64,000 nt of DNA from positions 38,936,001 through 39,000,000 of the forward strand of contig OZ336891.1 in the NCBI GenBank assembly GCA_965287045.1, in the 5' to 3' direction. Position 1 is the first letter of the stretch. Each line of letters starts with the position of its first letter. Shown here piece by piece: positions 1-11,069 of the stretch. A model generated the notes under the pieces. That model had not been told where the DNA came from. It saw only the letters and a list, made by a program, of their open reading frames with translations, and ran no database searches. The position numbers and the translations under genes are program-made. This stretch comes from Carcharhinus amblyrhynchos (taxonomy: Eukaryota).

Positions 1-1670
1 TCTTTAACCTTACTCCAGCTTTCTATAAATGTTTTAAAACCTTCTCCAGGTTGGTTAGGGTTAGGGTTATATGCTCCTCTTCTGTGCCCCCTGTGATTAG
101 CACATCATCCAAATAAAATTACCTTTAGTAAATCTTGTAATACAATATAATCTCCATTGTGCGTTGAAAGATTGCACAACTAAAAGGCAGTCAGGTGTAC
201 CATTATATGTGTTAATAGTGATGAACTCCCTGGATGCATCATCTAGTTCCAGCTGCTGGTACACATAACTCATGTCTAACTGAGTGTAAGCTAGCTTGGC
301 GCACAAGTCCTCTATTTTAGGTTTGCCACCTTAATCACTGTTAGGTTATAATGCCCACATATTCAAATTTTAGTCCCCACAAATTTGAATTTAGAGCCCT
401 CACATATTCATAGTCTTATCTGGGTTAAGTATCAGCACAATGAGTGCTACGCACTCCACAAACTGTACGAGCTTGATAATGCCCAGATCTGCTAACCTTT
501 TCATCTTAGTCTTCGCATTTATATAGAGCTGTTGTAAGTGGCAGCGATGTGAAGTTTCATCAGACCACGTAGTTGGTAGGGTATGGGTCTTGCTCTGTAA
601 AGTTTTGGTGTAGCCTCTGGATGTACAGAAATTCTGGCTTTCTTGCCTTATATTTCAACCACTTTTTGAAATACTTCCTGCTATTTCCTAAGGATGTCAC
701 GTAGTCCCCTTTATTAATTTTGAATATTTCTACCCAGTTCACATATATTTCCTGAAGCCAATCTTGTCCTACCAAGTTTGGCCTTTGACCCATGACTACA
801 ATTAAGGACAGTTGGACAGATTGCTGTCAGTAACTTATAGGTGTTATAATTATTCCCAAGATCAGTACTGCCTCCCCCATATATGTCACCAGCTTGGTTG
901 CCATGCCTTTTAATCTCAAGGACTGGACTCCTCCCTGTGGGTCTTGAAAAGTTTGTTCTCCCACTAATGTAGCAGAGATTCCTACGTCTATCTCCATTTT
1001 GAGTGGACGGCCATTAAGCATCAATAGAATTGTGATGGGAACCACTTTGTTCACCTTAATATTATTCAAATCGTATACATCTGATCCTTCTTCAGAATTA
1101 CTCTCTACACTGTGCACTGGAGCCAGAAGTTCTTTTCTTCCAGCACTGGGCAGGTCCTGTTTAACCTTACACTTGCTTTTTATACACCCTTTGACAGCCA
1201 CAGGCATAGCATGCAGCTTCCATCAGCCTACACATCTCTTGGGGGTGGGCTCCCCCACACTAATAGCATTCTTCACAGTTTATGTTTTGTAAACCAAATC
1301 TCCTACACCCCTGCACTCATTCTGGTTCAGTACATTTTTACTCGTTAAAGTCTGCGCCTCTATCCCTGGTGCTACTGCCATTTGCAGTTTCGCTCCAAAC
1401 TAGGTGAACATTGCGAGCTTGCACACTTTGAAGTTGCATGATGTCTTTTTCTGCACTTTCCATAGCAAGGGCAATTTCTACTACCATCTTCAGGGTTTCT
1501 TCTGTATGGCAGTATTTTTCACTCCCACACATTAACTGGTCTCTCTCAACATCTCATTAAGGATAGATACAAATTCACAATGGTCAGCCATTTGCCTCAA
1601 CCTCACCAAAAAGCTGCTATCACTTTCTTATGGACTTTTGCCATTGAATTAAACTTGTATTTCTGTACAG

Positions 1671-2692
1671 TGTTGGGGTACTAGACCAGAGCCCCAAGAT
1701 ATGTTATGAAGCCAGATTAGACCCCAACAGTTTTTCTGTTTCAACACATAAAGGTGAGGAAAAGAAGCTTCACTCCAGGAGTAATGTCATTAACAAATTA
1801 GGGCTGTTTTATCAAAATAAATTTTAACCATAGCACAATTTAAGTATAACTCTAACAAAATAAAGCAACTTAATTTTTAACAATTGAACAATCTTTAAGC
1901 ATGAAAAGAAACTTTTCACTATTTCTGATCCAAATAAGCAACACTCTTCTTACACACTTAAAATCTCCTTTAAATATAGTTAGCAATCACAAAAATTGCC
2001 AAAATGTGTATTGACAGCCTTGGAGTTTTGATAGAAATATAGAGCTTTCAGAAGCCTGCAAAACACTCATAACTTCAACCAGAACAACCAAACAAACACC
2101 TTTCTGCAAATGAGCGGCACGGTGGTGGCACAGTGGTTAGCACTGCTGCATCACAGCATCAAGGACCTGTGTTCAGTTCTGGCTTCTGGTGACTAGAGTT
2201 TGCACATTCTCCCCATGTCTGCATGGGTTTCTCCAGCGTTTCCTCCCACAGTGCAAAAATGTGTGAGTCAGGTTGATAGCCATGCTAAATTGCCCCTTAC
2301 TGTCAGGGGCACCAGCAGGGTAAATATGTGGGATTATAGCGTTAGGGCCTGGTTGGCATTGTGGTTGGTGCAGGGTCAATGGGCTGAATGGCTGCAGGGA
2401 TTCTATGAAAAGCTTGTTTCTTTTTTATGCAGATCCAGATTGCATAAAAGCCACAACATCACATGACCCTGTCAATCACTCTAATCTGAAATCCGAGAAG
2501 AATTTAAGTAAACAAAAGTCCATTAACTCTACTTAGCATAGCCACATGCAAGTGAGTAATTATTCTGTTCTCCCATGTATTCCTTGCAGACATACTGACT
2601 ACCTGTAGAAAAAAACTGAACTTTTAAACATTTTCCTGAAACATAAAGAAACATACAAGGTATATACATGTAATTTGCACATTTTCATCACA
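1671..2692. mobile_element. Solo LTR (TG...CA) inserted into Gypsy gag, itself carrying a SINE
   Basis: Starts TGTTGGGG at 1671 and ends CATCACA at 2692. Flanks are ACAG/ATAG (4-bp TSD, 1 mismatch). Removing it restores gag KPLLTVQKYKFNS. Confidence 0.7.
2113..2408 (+). mobile_element. tRNA-derived SINE (HE1/V-SINE-like) with CR1-type 3' tail
   Basis: Head GGCACGGTGG..CACAGTGGTTAGCACTGCTGC with pol III A/B-box-like motifs; core TTTGCACATTCTCCCCATGTCTGCATGGGTTT; tail GGGCTGAATGG..GATTCTATG. Confidence 0.85.
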
Positions 2693-3082
2693 ATAGTCAG
2701 TAAGGGTTTTAGATGATAATGCCCTTTCACTATTTCTATGAATTCTTCAAAGGTGTTAGTGTCAGGGCATCCAGAGAAGTCTAAACAACCTATAGATTTG
2801 GGCAATGCATGCTGTTAACAGAATTACCCTCTGCTTCTTCTCCTCTGCTTTTCATTTGCATTGAAGAAGTATTGCAGGCATCCAACACAATCCTTCAAAG
2901 TAACTAAAGACGTATTTATTAACAAGAATAACTATATGCAGAGAGCGAGAAAGATGCCCGGGAGAGCCCACGTTTTGCTGCAATTGGACAAACAAGTCAC
3001 ATGACCCTCTAAAGCTTTGCCACTTAAAAAGGCTCACTATTGCAGCAAAAAAAAGAGCATTTCTAGACTTGATACTATTGCA

Positions 3083-3390
3083 TAGTGAATTTGCACAGTG
3101 GTTAGCACTGCTGCCTCTCAGCATCAGTGACCATGGTTCAATTCCCGGCCTGGGCCATTGTCGGTGGGGCGTCTGCATATTCTCCCTGTGTCTGCGTGGG
3201 TTTCCTCCGGGTGCTCCAGTTTCATCCCACCGTCCAAAGATGTGCTGGTTTAGTGCATTGGCCATGCTAAATTTTCCCTCAGTCTACCCAAACGGGTAGA
3301 TGCTGGAGTATGGAGCTTAGAGATTTTTCACAGTAACTTAATTGCAGTGTTAATGTGAGCCTACTTGGACAATAATAAATAAACTTAAAC
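3083..3390 (+). mobile_element. tRNA-derived SINE (family with ...GTAACTT.ATTGCAGTGTTAATGT.AGCCTACTTG..AATAAATAAAC tail)
   Basis: Same head and core as the other SINEs. Tail matches the copies at 34800-35092 and 58520-58805. Confidence 0.85.
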
Positions 3391-3458
3391 CTAAAACCTA
3401 AATGTGGAAAAGTTATCTACAGGTGTAATATAACACAAAAAATTTGAACCCTTCTCAC

Positions 3459-3558
3459 CTGGTAATCTTTTGGTAAACTCCACTAATACTTCAACGTGTA
3501 GTGTAGCATTCTCCGTGAGCCGAAGAAAATCTTCCACAGGGTTTGCAAGTTCCAGCAG
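3459..3558 (-). CDS. NR1H5: NR1H5 (FXR-beta) coding exon 6: LBD helices 2-3, LLELANPVEDFLRLTENATLHVEVLVEFTKRLP(G)
   Basis: 100-bp exon, acceptor tttatgatttag|CTG, donor CCAG|gtgaga. Phase 0 in, phase 1 out. Contains the nuclear receptor signature VEFTKxLPG. Missing from the ORF track. Confidence 0.93.
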
Positions 3559-4026
3559 CTAAATCATAAAGATACAAAGGTTCAGCACAAAGTATTTTCT
3601 TTCAAAGTAAGATTCATCATCATAATCCCAGAAGAAAAATATAATGTATGTTGAATATTTTCTCCACAAGTGTTACAGTAAAAAATGTAAATGATCGTAA
3701 ATCCTGTACACTGAGAAATCTATAGTACATTCCATGCTTTTACAATGGACAGCAGCATTTTTTATTCAGCAATCTTCCATCCCCAGCATTTGACATTATT
3801 CAAGGTACATACCAATACATAGACCATTCAGAACCATTATCAGCATCTTCTATCCATGTGAGATGGTAGATATTTTACATGGTAGATATTTGTTGATTGT
3901 TGAAGAGTCCAAACTGTGAGAGGCAGATTTTTCTAAAAATGCCACAGGTAAGGTTGTTATCAGATGTCATTATGTCATTGATATGGGTACCTGCTGTCAA
4001 ATTGAAGCAGCTATTTGATTTTTAAC

Positions 4027-4170
4027 ATCATAGAGGCTTACAGCCCAGAAAAGATCCCTTGGTCCATCGCATCTGCACTGACAATAATAAACCACTAAAG
4101 GCACGCTAATCCCTTTTTCCTGCATTTGTCCCATATCCTTAAATATTTCAAATGTTCATCCAAATATTTT
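4027..4170 (-). mobile_element. CR1 LINE 3' end fragment
   Basis: Reverse complement resembles the CR1 3' UTR (GGATATGGGACAAATGCAGG...) seen at 12356-12460. Confidence 0.6.
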
Positions 4171-4601
4171 TAAGATTTTAAAGTTTATCAACAATATTCT
4201 CTTGGGCACCAAACAAAGGGTAAAAGCTAAACATTGATTTGTTCTTGTTTGAAGATGGGAGAGAAAAATCTTTTATTGGTCTATTTTGGGAATAGGTGGC
4301 TACTATTATTTAATTTGTTTTCTGATGAAGCCAGCACAAGCCACGTGGATGGAGTCTTCTTTCCTTTAACTACATTATCTGGTATGTTATTATTTCAGTA
4401 TTTCTCTGGAACTGAATCATCAACTTCTATAGTTTCTTCTTCCTCATTGGCTTTGTGCTCAATACCTCCTGCTGTTCCACCATTGGCTGGCCAGCCTGCA
4501 GTTCTTGGGTATCTGGAAGGAGAAGGGTGCAAGGATAGGTTGGGGTGCAAGAGTGTATGCTTCCAATCACTCAACAGCACTGTTTGGTGGATGCTTGAAA
4601 T

Positions 4602-4694
4602 CTGACAAGGTAATTGACCTGAAATATTAACTTTGCTTTTCTCTTCACAGACGCTGACTGGCCTGCTGATGATTTTCACCATTTTCTATTTTTA
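4602..4694 (+). mobile_element. Penelope-like element terminal fragment with decayed hammerhead-ribozyme core
   Basis: CTGACAA-GGTAATTGACCT-GAAA followed by TATTAACTTTGCTTTTCTCTTCACAGACGCTGACTGGCCTGCTGA. Homologous to 36538-36633. Family assignment is from recall. Confidence 0.55.
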
Positions 4695-5189
4695 GTGCAT
4701 GCTTACGTCCTCTGCACCTTGTAAATCAAAAGAGATTATGGGATGGGAGAGAAATAGAAGGTGAGAGGCAGGATTAGGAATGAGGGTAAAATTATTTTAC
4801 AGCTAGTAATGGTTTTAGGATCCAATGATGATAAACACCATCTCTTCCATTGGGGTAAGGCCACGCAGTCATGCCTATCTCATAGATCCTGCTGTCTCTG
4901 GTTATGTGTCACCTTGTCCTGCAAGAGAGAGGGATGTGCGCCAGTGAGTGTGATGCAATACACTTAGATGATGTAGTTGTCTTGGTTGAATAGCTGTTAG
5001 TGCGTATGCTGCAGGATATGGATTTGAGGCTTGCAACAGCACCAAATATATGAGGGTGAGGTGAAGCTATGACTGTTAGATATGAGTCATAATACAGATT
5101 GTTGGGGGGGGTGATGATGGGGTGTGGTGAATTGAGCAGTTTGTGAGACTAGTAAAGCAGCTGGTGGGATATGGCATTGAATTCAGTGA

Positions 5190-5520
5190 CCATGTCCACT
5201 TGTGTGAAGTCATGGAAGTTTTTACAATACTGCATCAGTTCCTCTGGGCTTCACCATAAGCATTGACTGCCACAGCTGTCTAGTTCAGGAGTCCTTGGTG
5301 CAAGAGCTGGAAAGAGAGTGATGTGATTTGTTTGCAGCTGGACAGGAGGCCCTCCAGACAATCTTTATGAAGGACCGACAATCTTTGCAAAGTTTGTCTG
5401 AAGGGTCTCCTAGCCCCCTGTGGATGGCTGACACCGATTTCCCTCTCCAAATCCTGCAGGATGGCCTCCAGTGCAACATTGGAAAATCTGGGAGTTTGCT
5501 CTCTGCCATGCTGTCCCATT
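5190..5520 (-). mobile_element. Harbinger/PIF transposon Myb/SANT-like gene remnant
   Basis: MGQHGREQTPRFSNVALEAILQDLEREIGVSHPQGARRPFRQTLQR, then after an interruption AVAVNA...MQYCKNFHDFTQV. This matches the MSANTD-type trihelix pattern. Confidence 0.7.
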
Positions 5521-6189
5521 CTTGTGAATTCTCCAGGTCAAATCTGTGGACCAAGTTGTCAGGTGAAAAGATGATGACATGGCTACAAAAGAGGTAATCA
5601 GGTGGGAGCTCAGGAGTCATCCCCGGGAGCCTGGCCAGAGCACAAATGCTGATATATTTGCCAAACTAGTGAACAAACTACTCATTGTTGAAAGTCCGTG
5701 CTGTCAGGAACCCAACACATTTACATGATGTCAGGAATTGGCAGAATGGCACAAGGAGTTTGCCACATTGAAAATATTATCAATAATTGGGAAACGTTTG
5801 AGAAAGAGTGACATATTTACTGCAATGTTGCATTGTCTGACAAGTTAAAAAAGGTAAAGGCTTATATTCTAGTAAACTTAGCTGGCCCCAAGACAATCAA
5901 AAAATCCAAGTCTTTTTTTTCCAGATGGAGGAGGAAAACGAGGACCCTGAAATAATCTTTAAAAAAAATGAGAATACCTGCCTACTGATAAAAAAAATCC
6001 TCAATAGATGTGTTCAATTCAACAAACCAAAGAGCAGATGAATCAATACAATATTACATGTCCACCTTGAAACCATTGGCAAAGAAATGTACGTTTGGAA
6101 CTGTCACTGATGAATTAATCAGGGACCGAATGGTTTGTGGAATTCTTAATGACTTAGCCCCCAAGCACCTGCTGCGTGAGAAAGACCTA

Positions 6190-7194
6190 GGGTGGGATTC
6201 CCCCAAAAAAATTATAAGTGTTGAATTCACGTAAAAACTGGAGTAAATCCTGCTGATTTTTTTAGTGAGATTTTTCAAAATGAATCACCCATGTTCTGCG
6301 CACTGCAGAGTGCTCTCGTGTGAATCTCATGAAATATCTGTGGGCAAGGACTATTCCCACTAGAGAGGCCAGCAGCAAAACGCTGAGCGGGCCACTGCCC
6401 ATGCACTAATCTGTCAGAGCCGAGATCAGTACATGCGCAGTAGCCTCGCACTGCCAGCCTCCCGCTTGCTGGTCAGCCTGATTGCTGGCCAGCCCCATAA
6501 TCCTACAATGCTGGCCGTGTGACCCCTCTCGCCGCACCCCCCCCCCCCCCCCCCCCCCCCCCCTCAAACGACACAATTGCTGGTCTCCCGGACCACTGAT
6601 GGCCAGCCCTGATTGCTGGCTACCCTCCTTCTCCCTCTGTCATTGCAGAGTGCAAAGCGACAGCAGGAACCCCCCCATCCCCACCAATCTCTCCCAGAGG
6701 CCTCCGTCCCATAGGTCCTGCCCCCATTAGGTCCTGCTCCTGGGCACAGACCACTGGGCAGTGCCAAGCTGTCCCTTGAGCATTTGCAGTTTGCCCCTTG
6801 GGCAGTGCCAGAGGGCCGGGCTGGAACTGCCAAGCTGGCAATGACCATGAGGTATCTCCCCTTGCCTCCAATCTCCTGGGGAGCCAACATGGTCCCTCTT
6901 CATTCCAGTGGGGTTGGGCCGGTAGGTCCCTGCAAGTGGGGAATTACTGTAAACCCTGCTGGTGCGAAACACTCTGGTGGGCGTGGGAAGAGGTTGGGGG
7001 GGAGTGGGGAAAGGTTGGGGGGGTGTGGGGAAGAGACTAGTGGGCCCAGAGACTGCAGTCCCAGACCCACTAATGATATGCAAATTCTATTTTAAATAAT
7101 TTACACAGCTCCTTGCTGATTTCTGGCGCAGAGCAGATTGCACCAGAAAGTTAGCAGCAGGAGATTCACTGAGGTCGTGGCCAGTGGGAAGCCC
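6190..7194. mobile_element. GC-rich non-autonomous DNA element (Harbinger-type MITE) inserted into Gypsy gag
   Basis: Begins GGGTGGGATTCCCC exactly where gag (LLREKDL) breaks. Internal similarity (GGCAGTGCCA motifs) to 62881-63679. Contains a C27 run at 6537-6563. Confidence 0.6.
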
Positions 7195-10100
7195 ATTAAA
7201 CAGCTTCTGTTTGAGTCACCCCGCAATGTAACAAGCAGCCATTGTGTATTCAAACAATCAGGAAAGAGCAGAGACTTTAGTCGGGGAACAGAAGTTTTTG
7301 CAGTACATGGTGCACCTTTTTCCAAATGCAGTGGCCATCACCCTCCAAAAAGAACATATTCGGTTTTGCATATGTTAAAAGCTGCAAAGAATGTGGGAAA
7401 TGGAATCCCTTCGCTGCAAATTGAAACCACAGCAGCCCTCCTCTGCCATCAGCAACATGGCAGCTGTTCAGTCCTCCATGGATTGGAGTGTCAGTAAAGT
7501 GAATGTATTGGAGCTCAACCAATGCAACAAAGCCACGGAGCCTCCAACAACATTATAATATGAGAGCGTCAACACTGTCACAGTAAAGGGTGAGGTCTTC
7601 ATCACCCTCAATATCATTTGCAGTAACACAACACTGAAGGTAAAGATTACCACTGGAGGCAAGGGAAGTTGAATAGACCCATATTCAGCATCAGACCCCA
7701 GCACCTGGGCAGATCTCATGGCTTGTGATGAATAAACCATCCACACTGAAGGTGTAGCTACCCTCCACTGCACACAGGTTTAAGTTTCATATAATCGACC
7801 AGAATGTAAGGCCATGACTAGGTCTTTGGGACAGCATTACATTGGGGTTCATTCAACGTGGTCCACAATTATATGTTCTACAACAACTGCCCCAGAGATG
7901 ACAGAATACAAAGACCTTTTAATCTGTGACATCACTGGTAAGCTGCCAGTTATTTATCACAAGACTAAATGATTCAGACCACAGTCTGTGCTCCGAGAAG
8001 AGTTACTGGTAGCCATGAAAGCAGAAAGTTTCAACGAACTTCATTGGATGACAATACAAAGTGTTATCATTGCTACAGACACAGAATGGGTTTCAGCAAT
8101 GGTGGCTGCAGTAAAAAAAATGGAACAGTCAGGGTACGTATTGACCCAAGACACTTAAGCTGCTCAGACTTCATCACTCTTAGATGATAGCAGATATGCT
8201 AAATACTAAGTTGTTTAGCATTCTCGATGCAAAATGTGGGTTCTGGCAGAGGAATCCTCAGAGCTGACCAAGTTCACATCTCCGGTCGGCTGATATCATT
8301 TTCTTCATGTGTCCTGTAGAAACTCCACGGACAGTGAGGTTTTCCAGCAATGCATGGAGCAAGTCTTCACAGGTTAACCTTGCAAGGTCATTGCTGATGA
8401 CATCCTTGTTTGGGGTGTATTATTGCAAGAACATGATACATGCCTTTATCTCAACATCAACAGAATCAGATCATACAGCTGAAGCTTAACCCTGTGAAAT
8501 GCAGATTCATATTCAGTCAGGTTTTTTAACGTGGGTCATTCATTAATAGCTGCTGGTGTAAAGACTGTTCCAGACAATGGTCATCCGACATTTGGTTATT
8601 CCTGTGGACAAGCACATTTTATAGCATTTTCTTTGAATGACTAGTTATCTTTCTAAAATCATTCCTTCTAATAGTGAGGTCACTGGATCTCTTTATCAGC
8701 TCCTCCACCAGGACTTCAAATGGTGTTGGCAGGAGCACCACACAGCAGTCTTCAACAGACTCACACAGGCACTTGTAGTCCCGGTGGTACAATACTGTGG
8801 CATTCAAACACCTATACTCATATCAGCCAAAGGCTCCCAGCACAGACTTAGTGCAATTTGCATCCAGAATGGCAGACCAATAACCTTTGCACCAAAAGCC
8901 TTCACTGACACTGAGACTCACCATGCATGGATCAAAAGGAACCCTTCGCTCTAGTCTTCATCTGTTAGAAATTTTATAAGTTCATACATAGTCATCTTGT
9001 AAGGGTTGAAATTGATCATCAGCCACTTGACAAGAGGACAGCACCTCTACTGCCATGATATTGATGTTTTCCTCACCATCTGCCTGTTCTGTATTAGGTA
9101 GAAAGGGCATCAGCCACTCATACCTATCTTAAAAAAGCCTTTCCGCACTGTCTGCATGGCTGCAATGCATGATGCTAATGCTGCAATAATTACAATCTCA
9201 GGTTCATCTACACATGTGGTAAGGAGCTGTACTATGCTGATGCCCTTTCTACCCGATACAGAACAGGCGAGGAAAACATCAATATCATGGCAGTAGAGAT
9301 GCTGTCCTCTTGTCAAATTCAGAAACTCAAAGGTGTCATAAGTGGACATCGCACGCATACAACTACACAAAATCATCATGAAGGGACTGGCCAGAGTCCT
9401 CAAGGAGCTTCTCCACAAGCTCTGCACATTCTTCATCATCAGAGCTGAACTAACCAATAGGATCAACTGATACTACATGGCCAGCGAGTCATCATCCCTC
9501 CATCTCTTCACAGGTACTACACCTAACAACTTCACCAAGGGTACCACAGGTTGGAAACAACCAGATACAAAGAATCACTATACCTGCCCTCTATGTATGC
9601 AGACATGGAAAAGAAAGTCTCCAGATCTGCACCATCTAATGTACTCAAACTGCATCAAACAAAAGAACCCTTGTACTTACAGGAGGTCTCGGACCTCCCA
9701 TGGTCATTCACAGCTTGTTTGAATGGAATGGTAAACAACACCTAATCTTAGTTGATTCATATCCTGGGTGGTTTGAACTTGACTACCTGCCAAATATGAT
9801 GATAACAACAGTCATTATCGGACTCAAGAGATACATCCCTCAAAGGCTCTTGACAGACAACACTCGCCAATTCAGCTCCACTGAATTCTGCAACTTTACA
9901 CACACGGGTCTTTGAGCATATCATGAGCGATTCCCTTTGCCCACAGTCAAACAGCCTGGCAGTATGAATGGTTTGTTCTAGAGAAGCATCTACTAGAGAA
10001 ATGTTCACCAGATCGCACAGACTACGGTGCTGCACCATCAGTCTGTGAAATCCAACAAGTCAAGGCCTGTCCTAGTCAGCACAACCACTCTTTTCTAGGT

Positions 10101-10735
10101 GTCCCAGGACCATGACTCCTATTGCTAAGGCTCTGCTGTAGCCCAAACTTGAAACCAACGTTTCACGCAAACTACTCCAGAAGCCAATGCAGTGAGTCCT
10201 CATGTAACATAGACTGAGAAGCAGATCGCACTATGATTGAGATTCCCACAGATTCAGCCCTCTAACATCTGGTCAAATGGTCAAGATTCAGACTGCAATT
10301 GGCAATGACCATTTCACAGTGGCACACAGCCACACCCCACAACCAAACAGTTACATGGTAATCTCACACGGTGCACATTATGTACACCGTCTCCTCCTAT
10401 AGTTAGCTATTCAAACCAGCACCAACAGATTATACAGCACTTCAGTCATCAGACCTATGAAACAGGCCCCTTACACCGTTGGACATGCAACCTACTCCAG
10501 AGGCCAATGCAATGAGCCCTGCAAACATAAAACATGCTGATGAAATATTCCAGGTCGTCCACATTCAGGATACCAGCCAGAGATATGCTCTCCCACCACC
10601 AACTGGCATAAACACACACTCAGGGTGCCTGAGCAAACAGATCAAACCAAACGTGAGATTGTAGGACTTTATTACCACCTAGCCTAGAACTGACTTTTGA
10701 ATTTCATCTTTCTCCAACAGAGGGGGTAGAGGAGA

Positions 10736-11069
10736 TGTGATGGGCTATGCACCAGCTGCAAACAGCTCAATCTGTGCCTCACAGTATATGTAAATAGTTA
10801 TGCATGGTTAACTCATTTAACTTGTATGTTTGTATGTTACACAATGGTCTGTACATAGTTTCTTATTGCACATACTGTTATATCTTATGGTGCCGGGTGT
10901 TCCAACTAAATGGGGAAGATATAGACCAAGTGGTCACTTGGGCGGAGCACAGGAGTTATCCCCAGGAATGCGGGCAGAGCACAAGTGTTGAAGTAGCTAA
11001 GCTAGTAAATAAACTATTCTTTGTTGAAAATCCTTGCAGTCAGTGATTCCAGAAACTGACGCATTCACA
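10736..11069 (+). repeat. LTR (334 bp, TG...CA) preceded by PPT and followed by PBS
   Basis: TGTGATGGG...GCATTCACA with AATAAA near 11008. PBS TGGTGTCAGAAGT at 11070. Its 3' part aligns with 5590-5725. Confidence 0.85.

Larger units (their letters stand above)
60..2960 (-). mobile_element. Decayed Gypsy/Ty3 LTR retrotransposon internal region (gag-PR-RT), split by a solo LTR at 1671-2692
   Basis: Minus-strand fragments: gag (DTNTFEE..KGHY..KPLLTVQKYKFNS; CG..TLKMVVEIALAME), degenerate protease site (PLKMEIDVG), RT (LDMSYVYQQLELDDASREFITINT). Many stops and frameshifts. Confidence 0.85.
5590..11069 (+). mobile_element. Near full-length decayed Gypsy/Ty3 LTR retrotransposon (partial 5' LTR, gag, PR, RT, RNase H, IN, 3' LTR)
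   Basis: gag FNSTNQRADESIQYY..LAKKCTFG..DELIRDRMVCGI; RT GTVRVRIDPR, FSILDAKCGFWQ, IADDILVWG; RH PITFAPKAFTDTETH; IN HLILVDSYPGWFE and PQRLLTDNTRQFSSTEF. Domain order PR-RT-RH-IN. PPT AGAGGGGGTAGAGGAGA just before 10736. Confidence 0.9.

Noticed and set aside
4200-4460. Acidic minus-strand stretch (HKANEEEETIEVDDSVPEKY) as an extra NR1H5 exon or another gene
   Set aside because: It has in-frame stops and no clean splice pair, and exons 5 and 6 already join colinearly with FXR. It may be an unidentified transposon relic.
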